Shown here: in pieces, positions 12,640-21,327 of the stretch
Layout of the letters: the number at the start of each line of letters is the position of its first letter
Position numbering within the stretch: position 1 is the first letter of the stretch
NCBI GenBank assembly: GCA_963834775.1
Contig: CAWICR010000009.1
Coordinates: forward strand, 116,255-180,254
DNA: 64,000 nt
Reading direction: 5' to 3'
Origin: an uncultured Acidimicrobiaceae bacterium
GTDB lineage: Bacteria; Actinomycetota; Acidimicrobiia; Acidimicrobiales; Palsa-688
Position numbers and translations under genes: made by a program
The notes under the pieces: generated by a model
What the model was told of the DNA's origin: nothing
Seen by the model: only the letters and a program-made list of their open reading frames with translations
The model's database searches: none

Positions 12640-12687
12640 GATTTTGGTATGTTTGACCGCCTATTAGGGGGTTTAGATACCAAAATC
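12640..12687. repeat. AT-rich inverted-repeat element, degenerate copy of the 57653-57699 palindrome
   Basis: GATTTTGGTAT...ATACCAAAATC termini; left 11-12 nt and right 18 nt identical to the other copy, centre diverged; intergenic. Confidence 0.85.
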
Positions 12688-12695
12688 GGGGCGGC

Positions 12696-13124
12696 TCAGT
12701 GCAGTCCGTAGGCGCGCTGGACCTCGAACTGGTAGATGAGGCGTTCGTCGTCGACCATCGTCTGCAGGAACTCCGCCTCTTCGAGGTCGGAGCCGAACCA
12801 GTTGATCGGTCCGGTCGGCTTGCCCTGCATGAGGCGGAACAGGCGCAGGTTGAGGCCTGGGGCGTCCGGTCCCTCCAGGATGGTGACGGTCGTTTCGAGC
12901 GCCAGGAACCCGAAGGTGTTGTCGAAGACGAACAAGGTGCAGCGGGGGTCGCGACGCAGACGCCGGGTGCGTACGCGTGGGCGTGTGCCGCTGCTCCACA
13001 GCTTCCCGTCGACGAGGGTTACGCCCACTCGAGCCGCCTTGGCTACGCCATCGCGTGCCACCGTAATCATGGCGGCGGAGTGGTTTTTCTCGAGGAATGC
13101 CAGATCACGTTCGGACAGCGTCAT
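12696..13124 (-). CDS. PPOX-class (pyridoxamine 5'-phosphate oxidase-like) probable F420-dependent enzyme
   Basis: 142 aa; HSAAMITVARDGVAKAARVGV and RDPRCTLFV pattern of the split-barrel PPOX family. Confidence 0.65.
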   Translation of the reverse strand: MTLSERDLAFLEKNHSAAMITVARDGVAKAARVGVTLVDGKLWSSGTRPRVRTRRLRRDPRCTLFVFDNTFGFLALETTVTILEGPDAPGLNLRLFRLMQGKPTGPINWFGSDLEEAEFLQTMVDDERLIYQFEVQRAYGLH

Positions 13125-13196
13125 GCCCGAAATCTAGGCACTGCTGGCCTCCGACCCGCATTCGACTGGCTGGCGGGCGAGCAGTGATACTGCGCT

Positions 13197-13604
13197 GTGC
13201 ACCCTCGTTTCGCTCCCGGCCTTGTACTGGCGGTAGCGATCGGCGGCGCCGCGGGCACTCTCCTGCGGGCTGCCGTCGCCTATGCGTTACCCCCATCCGC
13301 GAGCGGCTTCCCGTGGGCGATCCTGCTGGTCAACCTGGTCGGTTGCGCCATCGTGGGCTTTGCCATCGTGGCCGCGCTCGAACGGGTGGCCCCGGGCCGC
13401 TACTTCCGACCGTTGATCGGCACCGGCTTCTGCGGAGGCCTGACCACCTTTTCGACGTTCGTCGTCGAAGTCGACCTGCTGGTGCGAGCCGGGCACGTGG
13501 CGACCGCGGTCTGGTACGTGGTGGGCTCGATCTTGGGCTGTCTGGCCGCCACCCGGGCTGCGGTGGTGCTGGCGCGGGCCGCCTGGAGCGGGAAGGCTAG
13601 GTGA
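13197..13604 (+). CDS. crcB: fluoride channel CrcB
   Basis: Four-TM small protein with [14 protein letters not shown] signature. Confidence 0.9.
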   Translation: MHPRFAPGLVLAVAIGGAAGTLLRAAVAYALPPSASGFPWAILLVNLVGCAIVGFAIVAALERVAPGRYFRPLIGTGFCGGLTTFSTFVVEVDLLVRAGHVATAVWYVVGSILGCLAATRAAVVLARAAWSGKAR

Positions 13605-13607
13605 GCC

Positions 13608-13967
13608 ATGGAACTGTCGGGTCAGGCCAAGCGGCTCACCATCCTGATCGGCGAGCAGGACCGCGTCGGCCATCACTCGCTGGCCACCGAGATCGTCAAA
13701 CGGGCCCACGCGGGCGGTCTCGCCGGTGTGACGGTTTTCCGTGGCGTGGAAGGCTACGGCAAGTCCAACCACGTCCACACCACCCGCATCTTGTCCCTCT
13801 CGGACGATCTGCCTGTCTGCATCGTGATCGTCGACACCGCTCCCGCTATCGAAGCGTTCGCTGATCAACTTCACGAACTGGTGGAGGGCGGGCTCGTCAT
13901 CGTGGAGGACGTCGAGGTGCTGCGCTACGTGCACCACCCGGAGCGGCCTGGCGACTCGGCTGGATGA
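13608..13967 (+). CDS. DUF190 (PII-like) protein of crcB operons
   Basis: 119 aa with GVTVFRGVEGYG motif; sandwiched between two crcB genes. Confidence 0.8.
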   Translation: MELSGQAKRLTILIGEQDRVGHHSLATEIVKRAHAGGLAGVTVFRGVEGYGKSNHVHTTRILSLSDDLPVCIVIVDTAPAIEAFADQLHELVEGGLVIVEDVEVLRYVHHPERPGDSAG

Positions 13968-14338
13968 CCTGGTGGGTGTGGCTCCTGGTCGGCCTGGCTG
14001 GCGCCGTGGGAGCCCCGTTGCGTTATGTGGTTGACACCCTTGTCAGCGATCGGGTGGGAGGCGTCTTTCCGTTGGGCACCCTCGCCGTCAACGTTTCGGG
14101 TTCGTTCGGTTTGGGGCTGGTGAGCGGTCTCGTCATCTATCACGGGTTGTCGGGGCCGCCCAACCTGGTACTTGGCACCGGACTTATCGGCGCCTACACC
14201 ACTTTTTCCACTTTCAGTTTTGAAACAGTCGCCCTTCTGGAGGAGGGCGAGGCTGCCTTGGCGGCCCGGAATGTGGTGCTGAACGCGGTGGTGGGAGCCG
14301 GGGCGGCGGCGGCCGGGCTGGCCTTGGCTGCCCTCTGA
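13964..14338 (+). CDS. crcB: fluoride channel CrcB, second paralog
   Basis: GLIGAYTTFSTFSFE signature; ATGA start/stop overlap with the DUF190 gene. Confidence 0.9.
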   Translation: MTWWVWLLVGLAGAVGAPLRYVVDTLVSDRVGGVFPLGTLAVNVSGSFGLGLVSGLVIYHGLSGPPNLVLGTGLIGAYTTFSTFSFETVALLEEGEAALAARNVVLNAVVGAGAAAAGLALAAL

Positions 14339-14358
14339 GTTAGGGGTACCGTGTTCTC

Positions 14359-14925
14359 ATGACGCTGACCGCCCGGCAGGCCAAGTTCCGCAGCTTTGAG
14401 GAGTCGACCCAGGAGGACTGGGCGATCATTACCCCGCAGCTCAACGTGACCCAGAGTCTGGTGCCGGCGCACGTCCTGGAGCAGATGCGCTACCTCCGCC
14501 ACGATCACGGCGGCTTTCCCGTCGACCGACTCGAACATTCCCTCCAGACGGCCACCCGGGCCGAGCGCGACGGCCGCGACGAGGAATACGTACTGTGCGC
14601 CCTCTTGCACGACATCGGCGACACCCTGTCGCCCTTCAACCATCCCGCCGTCGCCGCAGCCATTCTGAAACCCTTCGTGTCGAAGGCCAATCTCTGGATG
14701 GTCGAGCATCACGGCATTTTCCAGGGTTACTACTTCTGGCACTACATCGGCCTGGACCAGAACGCTCGCGACGCCTATCGTGACTCTCCCTACTTCGGCT
14801 ACACCGAGGAGTTTTGCGCCAAATACGATCAGAACGCGTTCGATCCGGACTACCGCAGTGAGCCCTTGGAGCATTTCGAGCCCTTGGTGCGGGCTCGGCT
14901 GGTCACCTCCATCCCGGCTCCGTAG
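14359..14925 (+). CDS. HD-domain protein, PhnZ/MIOX-like ligand pattern
   Basis: RLEHSLQTA, ALLHDIGD, NHPAVAA, VEHHG: His/Asp spacing of HD-domain diiron oxygenases and hydrolases. Confidence 0.75.
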   Translation: MTLTARQAKFRSFEESTQEDWAIITPQLNVTQSLVPAHVLEQMRYLRHDHGGFPVDRLEHSLQTATRAERDGRDEEYVLCALLHDIGDTLSPFNHPAVAAAILKPFVSKANLWMVEHHGIFQGYYFWHYIGLDQNARDAYRDSPYFGYTEEFCAKYDQNAFDPDYRSEPLEHFEPLVRARLVTSIPAP

Positions 14926-14984
14926 CGTCGCCCGAGGGTCGCTCCTGGTATCAGGAGTAGAGCGGGCGGCAGAAAGGGGGACAA

Positions 14985-15311
14985 GTGCCTTCTTATCTCA
15001 TCCAGGTGGCGTATACGCCCGAGAGCTGGGCGGCCATGATCAAAGAACCGCAGAATCGCCTCGAGGCGGTTCGCCCGGTCGTGGAGAAGCTGGGCGGCCA
15101 GTTCGCCCATGCCTGGCTCGCCTTCGGGGAGTACGACATTGTCGGCATCGTTGACATGCCCGAGAACACCGATGCGGCCGCCTTCGCGATCGCGGTAGCG
15201 GCCGGCGGCGGTTGCAAGGCATTCAAAACCACGCCCCTCCTCACCGTTGAGGAGGGCGTCGAGGCCATGCGCAAGGCGCAAGCGGCCGGCTACCGCCGCC
15301 CGGGTGGATAG
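14985..15311 (+). CDS. GYD domain protein
   Basis: 108 aa; AFGEYDIVGIVDMP core of the GYD family. Confidence 0.8.
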   Translation: MPSYLIQVAYTPESWAAMIKEPQNRLEAVRPVVEKLGGQFAHAWLAFGEYDIVGIVDMPENTDAAAFAIAVAAGGGCKAFKTTPLLTVEEGVEAMRKAQAAGYRRPGG

Positions 15312-15339
15312 TCGGTCGGGCGGGTCAGCCGCCGCCGGA

Positions 15340-15594
15340 TTACTTCCACCGGAAGTGGACGAACACCCGCCCGAAATTGTCGGAGTCCTTCTCCACCCGG
15401 TGATATAGCGCCTTTATTTCCTTCTGATCCAGGAAACGCAGAACCCGTTTCTTGAGCTGGCCACTGCCCTTGCCGGGGATTATCTCGACGGTCTTGGCCT
15501 TCTTCTGTACCGCCTCGTCGATGATGGCTCGCAGGGCGGCGTCGATCTGATTGCCCCGGTTGTAGATCTCGTGCAGATCCAGCGTGAGCTTCAC
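15340..15594 (-). CDS. Smr domain protein
   Basis: LDLHEIY and IIPGKGSGQLKKRV Smr motifs; start GTG 15594 within ORF 15340..15693; AT-richer third positions than neighbours. Confidence 0.7.
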   Translation of the reverse strand: MKLTLDLHEIYNRGNQIDAALRAIIDEAVQKKAKTVEIIPGKGSGQLKKRVLRFLDQKEIKALYHRVEKDSDNFGRVFVHFRWK

Positions 15595-15739
15595 ATCCCT
15601 GGGTTTACACCACCATGCGGCCTTCTCGTACCCCGGTCCCGTTGTTGCGGTCCTGCGGCGGACCCGTGCAGCCCCGGCTTCGGCCCCGGCCACGCGTGGC
15701 TTAGCATGCTCGCGCCATGCTCCGCGCTGACATCAGGCC

Positions 15740-16888
15740 ATGTTGAACCTTCCCGACGGTGAGGGAGTGCTCGCCAGCCAGCACCTGCTGGGTTTGATCG
15801 ACAAGGAGGTTATCCACGCCGGGGACTTCACCATACCGGCCGAGAACATCCAGCCCGCCAGCCTCGACCTCCGGTTGGACGAGGTCGCATACCGGATCCA
15901 GTGCAGCTTCCTGCCCGACCGGCAGACCGTCGAACGGAAAGTCAAGGACTACATCATCGACGAGATCCCGCTCCACAACGAGGGAGTCGTCCTGGAGACG
16001 AACCGGCCGTACCTCATCCCCCTGAAGGAGCGCTTGTCGCTGCCTCTCGGCATGCGGGGACGGACGAACCCCAAGAGCTCTACGGGCCGCCTCGACGTCT
16101 TCACCCGGGTGATCACCGACGAGAGCTACCGATTCGACGAGATCGCCAGCGGCTACGAAGGACGGCTCTATCTCGAGGTGGTGCCCTTGTCGTTCCCCAT
16201 CCGCGTCCGGGAGAACCTCAGCCTCAACCAGCTGCGCCTGGCGGTCGGCCGCCAGCACCTCGGGGACGACGAGATCCGGGCATTCCATCGCGAGCAACCT
16301 TTGTTGTTCCGGGCGGGAGCTCCCGTTCCCCCCGACGACCTGGCGCTCGCCAACGGCATGTTCCTGAGCCTGGACCTGCAAGGCGGGCCATCTCGCCATG
16401 TCGGGTACCGGGCCCGGGACAGCGCCCCGCTGATCGATATGACGCACCGCGCTCCCATCCCGCCCGATCCCTACTGGGAGAGAGTTTTCGGTGAAGCGGG
16501 CGATCGGGTGATCTTGACTCCGGAACGCTTCTACCTCCTGATGTCCAAGGAGGCGGTGTGTATCCCGCCGTCGCTCGCCTCAGAGATGACGGCCTATGAT
16601 CCGACCAGCGGAGAGTTGCGCACCCACTACGCCGGATTCTTCGATCCCGGCTTCGGTTTTGACCTGGAGGGCCGTTTCCACGGCGCCCGGGCGGCCCTCG
16701 AAGTGCGCGCCCACGATGTGCCGTTCATGATCGAAGACGGTCAGCGGGTGTGCAAGCTCACCTTCGAGCGCATGCTGGAGCCCCCACTGGCGCTGTACGG
16801 CCAGACCATCCAATCCTCCTATCAACATCAGGAGGATGCCCTCGGGAAGCATTTCGAGCGGGCGCGGCCACCGGGGGACGAAGGCTGA
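15740..16888 (+). CDS. 2'-deoxycytidine 5'-triphosphate deaminase, long (about 380 aa) form
   Basis: PASLDLRL and TNPKSSTGRLDVFTRVI motifs of the DCD family. Confidence 0.8.
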   Translation: MLNLPDGEGVLASQHLLGLIDKEVIHAGDFTIPAENIQPASLDLRLDEVAYRIQCSFLPDRQTVERKVKDYIIDEIPLHNEGVVLETNRPYLIPLKERLSLPLGMRGRTNPKSSTGRLDVFTRVITDESYRFDEIASGYEGRLYLEVVPLSFPIRVRENLSLNQLRLAVGRQHLGDDEIRAFHREQPLLFRAGAPVPPDDLALANGMFLSLDLQGGPSRHVGYRARDSAPLIDMTHRAPIPPDPYWERVFGEAGDRVILTPERFYLLMSKEAVCIPPSLASEMTAYDPTSGELRTHYAGFFDPGFGFDLEGRFHGARAALEVRAHDVPFMIEDGQRVCKLTFERMLEPPLALYGQTIQSSYQHQEDALGKHFERARPPGDEG

Positions 16889-17045
16889 TTCGCGTAGGGC
16901 AAGGAGAATCCTGCTGTTGTCGAGCCGCGTACGCCTGGTGCATGTGGCGACGGCGAGCTTGACGCCGGTTAATGGGCCGGAACCTCCGGGCCGCGGCGGA
17001 CCCCAGGAGCTGACCGAGTGCTGCCGACGGCCACCGACACCTGGC

Positions 17046-17462
17046 TCAAGCGCGGCCCGGACCGGCGGCGTTGGCCGCTGGCGGCGCCGTCGGACCGGCG
17101 AGGCGAGCCACGAGCTTCCTGGGTGCCACGCTGCGGAACGCCTCGGTGCAGATGGCGGCCAGTTCGTCCCAGTCGACCTCGCCGTCAAGGCGCACGCCGA
17201 TCCATCCGCGCCCTCCTACATATGGGGGGCGGAAGAAACGGTCCGGTTCGGTTGTGATCATGTCGTCCTGGGCGCCGGGCGGTGCCGCGCACCAGAGGTG
17301 GGGGAAGCGCTGATCGTGGTGGCCTTCCGGCCACAGCATCAAGAACTGCTTTCCGGCGAAGAACGCCGGCGCACCGTGGCTCAGCCGTTCTGTCACGCCG
17401 GGCAGAGCCATGCACACGGACCGGACTTCTGCCTCGATCTCACGCCGTCTCACTGTCGACAA
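17046..17462 (-). CDS. MmcQ/YjbR family DNA-binding protein
   Basis: CMALPGVTERLSHGAPAFFAGKQF and GWIGVRLDGEVDWDEL are typical of the YjbR fold. Confidence 0.75.
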   Translation of the reverse strand: MSTVRRREIEAEVRSVCMALPGVTERLSHGAPAFFAGKQFLMLWPEGHHDQRFPHLWCAAPPGAQDDMITTEPDRFFRPPYVGGRGWIGVRLDGEVDWDELAAICTEAFRSVAPRKLVARLAGPTAPPAANAAGPGRA

Positions 17463-17583
17463 AATTAGGCGTCTGCTCCTGTCAGCGGCCAGCCCGCGTC
17501 TGGGGCCCGCCTTACCCCACAGACCCCAAGCGGTCGCCAGCCCGACCGGTCGCGGCGAGAAATCGATCTAGGGTGGGCAAGCC

Positions 17584-19020
17584 ATGTCGTCCACCGTGGG
17601 TGCCGCTTCATTCGTGGTCGTCGCCAATCGGCTGCCCGTTGAGGCGGTCACTGACGCCACTGGAGCACCGGGCTGGCGGGTCAGCCCCGGGGGTCTGGTG
17701 GCGGCGTTGGCCCCGGTCATGCAGCGCAGCAACGGAACGTGGGTGGGCTGGACAGGTACGCCCGACGAAAAGGCGCAACCCTTCGCGGCCGAGGGGATGC
17801 GACTCGTGCCGGTGGCCTTGAGTGCTGAAGAAGTGAGTGACTACTACGAGGGTTTCTCCAACGCCACGCTCTGGCCTCTCTATCACGACCTCGCCGCTGC
17901 TCCTCAGTTCCACCGACCATGGTGGGAGACCTATCGTGAGGTCAACCGGCGCTTTGCAGAGGCCGTCGCCGCCGAAGCAGGGAACGAAGCGGTTGTGTGG
18001 GTGCAGGACTACCAGCTGCAGTTGGTGCCAGCGCTGCTTCGAGCCCAACGGCCCGATTTGAGAATCGGCTTCTTCAACCACATTCCGTTTCCCGGCTACG
18101 AGATTTACTCCCGGCTCCCGTGGCGCCGGCAGGTGGTAGAGGGCCTCCTAGGTGCCGATCTACTCGGTTTTCAGCGCGGTGACGACGCCGCCAACTTCCT
18201 CCGGGCTTGTCGCCGGTTGACCCGCGTAACCACCCATGGATCTGTGATCGACCCGCCCGCCTGGAACGAGCAAGACGGCACCAACAGGCGCCTACGGGCG
18301 GCCTCTTTCCCGATCTCTATCGACGCTGCCGCCCTGGAAGCGCTAGCTCGCCGCGAGGATGTGCAGGCCCGGGCCCGGCAACTGCGCCGAGAGCTGGGCG
18401 ACCCCGAGGTGGTGCTGCTCGGCGTCGACCGCCTCGACTACACCAAGGGCATCGTGCACCGCCTCCGTGCCTATGGCGAGTTGCTCGACGAAGGGGAGCT
18501 GGACCCCGCCTACGCCATCATGATTCAGGTGGCCAGTCCCAGTCGGGAGCGCGTCGAGGAATACCAGCGCCTCCGCGATGAGGTGGAAGGCATCGTCGGG
18601 CGCATCAACGGCGATCATTCGTCTGTTGGCAGGACCGCCATTCGATATCTGCACCAGTCGTTCCCCAAAGAGGAAATGGCGGCGCTGTACCTGGCCGCCG
18701 ATGTGATGCTGGTGACCCCTCTCCGTGACGGCATGAACCTGGTGGCCAAGGAGTACGTGGCTTGCCACTTCGACCTGAGCGGGGCGCTCGTGCTCTCGGA
18801 GTTCACCGGGGCCGCCGACGAGCTGCGCCTGGCCTTCTTGTGTAACCCGTACGACATCGACGGCCTCAAAACCAAAATCCTGCAGGCCGCCCGGGTTTCG
18901 GCCGGCGAGGCGGCCCGTCGCATGCGCGCCCTGCGCCGGCGGGTGCTCGACTATGACGTCCACCATTGGGCGAACACGTTCTTGGCCGCCCTCGACATGG
19001 TGACGCGCGACGAGCGCTAG
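17584..19020 (+). CDS. otsA: alpha,alpha-trehalose-phosphate synthase (GT20)
   Basis: FVVVANRLPV, VWVQDYQLQLVP, FFNHIPFP, LVTPLRDGMNLVAKEY. Confidence 0.9.
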   Translation: MSSTVGAASFVVVANRLPVEAVTDATGAPGWRVSPGGLVAALAPVMQRSNGTWVGWTGTPDEKAQPFAAEGMRLVPVALSAEEVSDYYEGFSNATLWPLYHDLAAAPQFHRPWWETYREVNRRFAEAVAAEAGNEAVVWVQDYQLQLVPALLRAQRPDLRIGFFNHIPFPGYEIYSRLPWRRQVVEGLLGADLLGFQRGDDAANFLRACRRLTRVTTHGSVIDPPAWNEQDGTNRRLRAASFPISIDAAALEALARREDVQARARQLRRELGDPEVVLLGVDRLDYTKGIVHRLRAYGELLDEGELDPAYAIMIQVASPSRERVEEYQRLRDEVEGIVGRINGDHSSVGRTAIRYLHQSFPKEEMAALYLAADVMLVTPLRDGMNLVAKEYVACHFDLSGALVLSEFTGAADELRLAFLCNPYDIDGLKTKILQAARVSAGEAARRMRALRRRVLDYDVHHWANTFLAALDMVTRDER

Positions 19021-19271
19021 TCGCCGCACCCCTCTTTGCAGGCCGGTGGTTTTGTCTCGAATCGTTGTCGCGCCGCTCCGACGCTCATTTCCAGGGCGTC
19101 GGCAATCGTCGTCCACTCCGTGCCCTGCTCTCTCAGCTGGCCGACCCATCGGGTGAGATCGGCTTCGATCCGAGCGGCGCTGCGGATCAAGGCGGGAAGC
19201 GGGGAAAGGCCGGCGGAGCCAGGCGCGGAACTCGCCTCCACCAGCTGGGTGATCTGACCGGCGAAAGTCAA
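19017..19271 (-). CDS. small helix-turn-helix protein, function unknown
   Basis: 84 aa; HTH-like WTTIADALEMSVGAARQRF; 4-nt tail-to-tail overlap with otsA. Confidence 0.5.
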   Translation of the reverse strand: MTFAGQITQLVEASSAPGSAGLSPLPALIRSAARIEADLTRWVGQLREQGTEWTTIADALEMSVGAARQRFETKPPACKEGCGD

Positions 19272-19290
19272 GCAAGGCTCGGAGTCCGGT

Positions 19291-19318
19291 GTTACAGTTC
19301 TTACATATGTAACGTAAG
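19291..19318. promoter_or_regulatory. AT-rich palindromic candidate operator between divergent HTH and RHH genes
   Basis: GTTACAGTTCTTACATATGTAACGTAAG with a perfect 12-bp palindrome TTACATATGTAA (19301-19312) and GTTAC/GTAAC, CTTAC/GTAAG inverted pentamers. Confidence 0.35.
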
Positions 19319-19412
19319 AGTGCCGAGCAACAGATCCCGGGGTAAGAGATACCGGGGCAAACGGGCCACGCAGACCGGGTGACGGAAACGGCCGGGTACG
19401 GGGAGGAGGAAC

Positions 19413-19973
19413 GTGGAGGCGTCAGCAACCGAGGGAATCGAAGGACACGTCAGATCGGCGTTCCCGGCGGGCGCGATCGCGAGCGTTCAGGTGCTGGGCT
19501 ACGGCGACGATCCCTCGGTCGAGCCTGGCGAGACGGCCGTTCGGGTCTTCATCGACCGGGCTGCTCGACCAGAGGGCCAGGATGCCGACGAGGAGATCGT
19601 GCAGGTCTTCAAGCAGGACCACGGTGAAGCCATCAGGAGGCTGCGTGACGAGCTGCCCGGATTCGTCCGCTGGATCGAGTTCCGACCCGAGACCGAGCCT
19701 GGAGCCGGCCGGTCGCACGGCCCCATCCTGAAGGTCAGGGGCCGGCGAGGCCGCGGGGCCACGCCGAACGGTGATTTCGAAGAGCTGACCCCGGTCATGA
19801 CCCGGCTCGGAACAGAGGACCTGGCAACGGTCGACACGTTGATCAATGCCGGGATGGGCAACAGCCGCGCCGAGGTGTTGCGCTGGGCCGTGGGTCGGGT
19901 CCGCGAGCATCCCGCCTACGCTCAGCTGCAAGAGCGAGTACAAGAGATCGGCGAGCTCAAGGCGCAGTTCTAG
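19413..19973 (+). CDS. protein with C-terminal ribbon-helix-helix (CopG-like) domain
   Basis: GTG 19413 after GGAGGAGG; C-terminal TPVMTRLGTEDLATVDTLINAGMGNSRAEVLRWAV resembles RHH; the N-terminal ~120 aa are not recognisable. Confidence 0.55.
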   Translation: MEASATEGIEGHVRSAFPAGAIASVQVLGYGDDPSVEPGETAVRVFIDRAARPEGQDADEEIVQVFKQDHGEAIRRLRDELPGFVRWIEFRPETEPGAGRSHGPILKVRGRRGRGATPNGDFEELTPVMTRLGTEDLATVDTLINAGMGNSRAEVLRWAVGRVREHPAYAQLQERVQEIGELKAQF

Positions 19974-19981
19974 AGCGGTCG

Positions 19982-20734
19982 TCAGTCGCGGTGCGTGAAG
20001 CCGGGTCGGCGATCTCCGTTCTTTTTGTCCTCTCGGCGCCACGAGGATTCAGCGCCGGCGTCAGAGAGGACATAGCCGATTCCTGGCGCGGTCTTGATGG
20101 ATACGCTGGCCAGGTCACCCAGCTTTTGGCGAAGCCTGTGTATGTAGGCGTGCAGATATTGGGCTTCGCGTGAGTAGCCGGCGCCCCAGACGGCCGCCAG
20201 GATCATCTGATGGGTGCACACCTTGCGGGCGTTGGCGCCCAAGAAGGCCAGTACGTCGAACTCCTTGGAGGTGAGCTCGACGGCCATATCGTCGACGGAG
20301 GCGACCCGACGGTTGAGGTCGAGCTCGAGCGGGCCCACTGTGATCGTCCCGGAGGATTTCTCGCCCAGGTGGGCTTGGCGGTGTCGCAGGGCGGTACGGA
20401 TGCGCGCTTCTAGCTCGGCCATGCTGAATGGCTTGGTGACGTAGTCGTCGGCTCCTCCATCGAGGGCGGCCACCTTCCGGTCCTCGGCGTGCGTGGCGGA
20501 CAGGACGATGATGGGGACGCCGCTCCAACCACGGATGCGCCGGCACACCTCCATCCCGTCGATGTCGGGCAGTCCGAGGTCCAACACGATCACCTCTGGA
20601 GAGGACCCGGCTGCCCGGGCGAGACCCTCTTCACCGGTGGCCGCCGTGGCGACCTGGTGTCCGACCGCGGCGAGAGCCACGCGGAGGGCCCGCCGGAGAG
20701 CGGGGTCGTCGTCCACGACCAGAACCTGCGCCAT
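19982..20734 (-). CDS. kdpE: OmpR-family response regulator KdpE
   Basis: Receiver (VLVVDDD, LDLGLPDIDG, TKPF) plus winged helix (YLHAYIHRLRQKL, GIGYVL); sits beside the kdp structural genes. Confidence 0.8.
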   Translation of the reverse strand: MAQVLVVDDDPALRRALRVALAAVGHQVATAATGEEGLARAAGSSPEVIVLDLGLPDIDGMEVCRRIRGWSGVPIIVLSATHAEDRKVAALDGGADDYVTKPFSMAELEARIRTALRHRQAHLGEKSSGTITVGPLELDLNRRVASVDDMAVELTSKEFDVLAFLGANARKVCTHQMILAAVWGAGYSREAQYLHAYIHRLRQKLGDLASVSIKTAPGIGYVLSDAGAESSWRREDKKNGDRRPGFTHRD

Positions 20735-21157
20735 CCGATCAGCGCTTCGGCTCGTTGCTGGCAGCGGGCGGCCGCGTGAGCACGAAGCTGCGGGTCGGGA
20801 CCAAGGTGTTGATGACGACGCTCGTAAAGCGATCGGCTGGGGCGTCTCTGAGTTCGTGGTGTTCGGTGATGTCGGCCTCGCTGAGCAGGCGGCGGGCTTT
20901 ACCAGTGTACGGGACGCCTCCGGGCCACCACCCAGACCGGTTGCATCACACCCGCAGTGACCATGTCCACGGGGATCGCACCGCCATCGGGGCCGCTCCC
21001 CCGAAGCCGGGGCCGGTCACCGCCACGCTCGGCTTAAGACACGACCCCCCGCGGCCTTGTCCCGCCCGACTGCCAGAGCTATCGATGAAGAAAAAATTAA
21101 GAGCCGGAGCTCGGCTATTGAGATCTTGTTTAGACGGCCGAGCGCATGCTGAACGGC

Positions 21158-21241
21158 ATGGCTGACTTTCTGGTGGTGCTGGGCATAATCGCGTTTGCGG
21201 TAGCCATGCTGGGCCTGATCTGGGCGCTCGATCGCGTATGA
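21158..21241 (+). CDS. 27-aa hydrophobic peptide upstream of kdpF
   Basis: [27 protein letters not shown], a single TM; its stop overlaps the kdpF ATG (ATGA). Not in the ORF track because it is short. Confidence 0.4.
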   Translation: MADFLVVLGIIAFAVAMLGLIWALDRV

Positions 21242-21327
21242 GCGCCACCGATGCCCTGCTGTTGGCGATCTCCATCGTGGTGTTCATCTACTTGGGAATT
21301 GCCATGTTCAAGCCGGAGTGGTTTTAA
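21238..21327 (+). CDS. kdpF: potassium-transporting ATPase subunit F
   Basis: [29 protein letters not shown]; the C-terminal YL..A...PE.F signature of KdpF; TAA immediately followed by the kdpA ATG. Confidence 0.7.
   Translation: MSATDALLLAISIVVFIYLGIAMFKPEWF

Noticed and set aside
13125-13196. Possible fluoride riboswitch upstream of crcB. Two hairpins (AGGC…GCCU, CCGC…GCGG) and a potential loop-tail pairing (CUGCU/AGCAG).
   Set aside because: The conserved crcB-motif core as I recall it (GGnGAUG … AAAC … UGAUG before the pseudoknot strand) is not present in the right order. An Infernal scan with RF01734 would be decisive.
20946-21157. Riboswitch (for example c-di-AMP/ydaO type) or KdpE box in the kdp leader. 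It contains GGGGA, CCCCGAAGCC and an AT-rich GATGAAGAAAAAATTAAGAGC patch.
   Set aside because: Matches to the ydaO consensus are fragmentary. The AT-rich patch is a plausible promoter or KdpE site, but I cannot define repeats or spacing well enough to call a feature.
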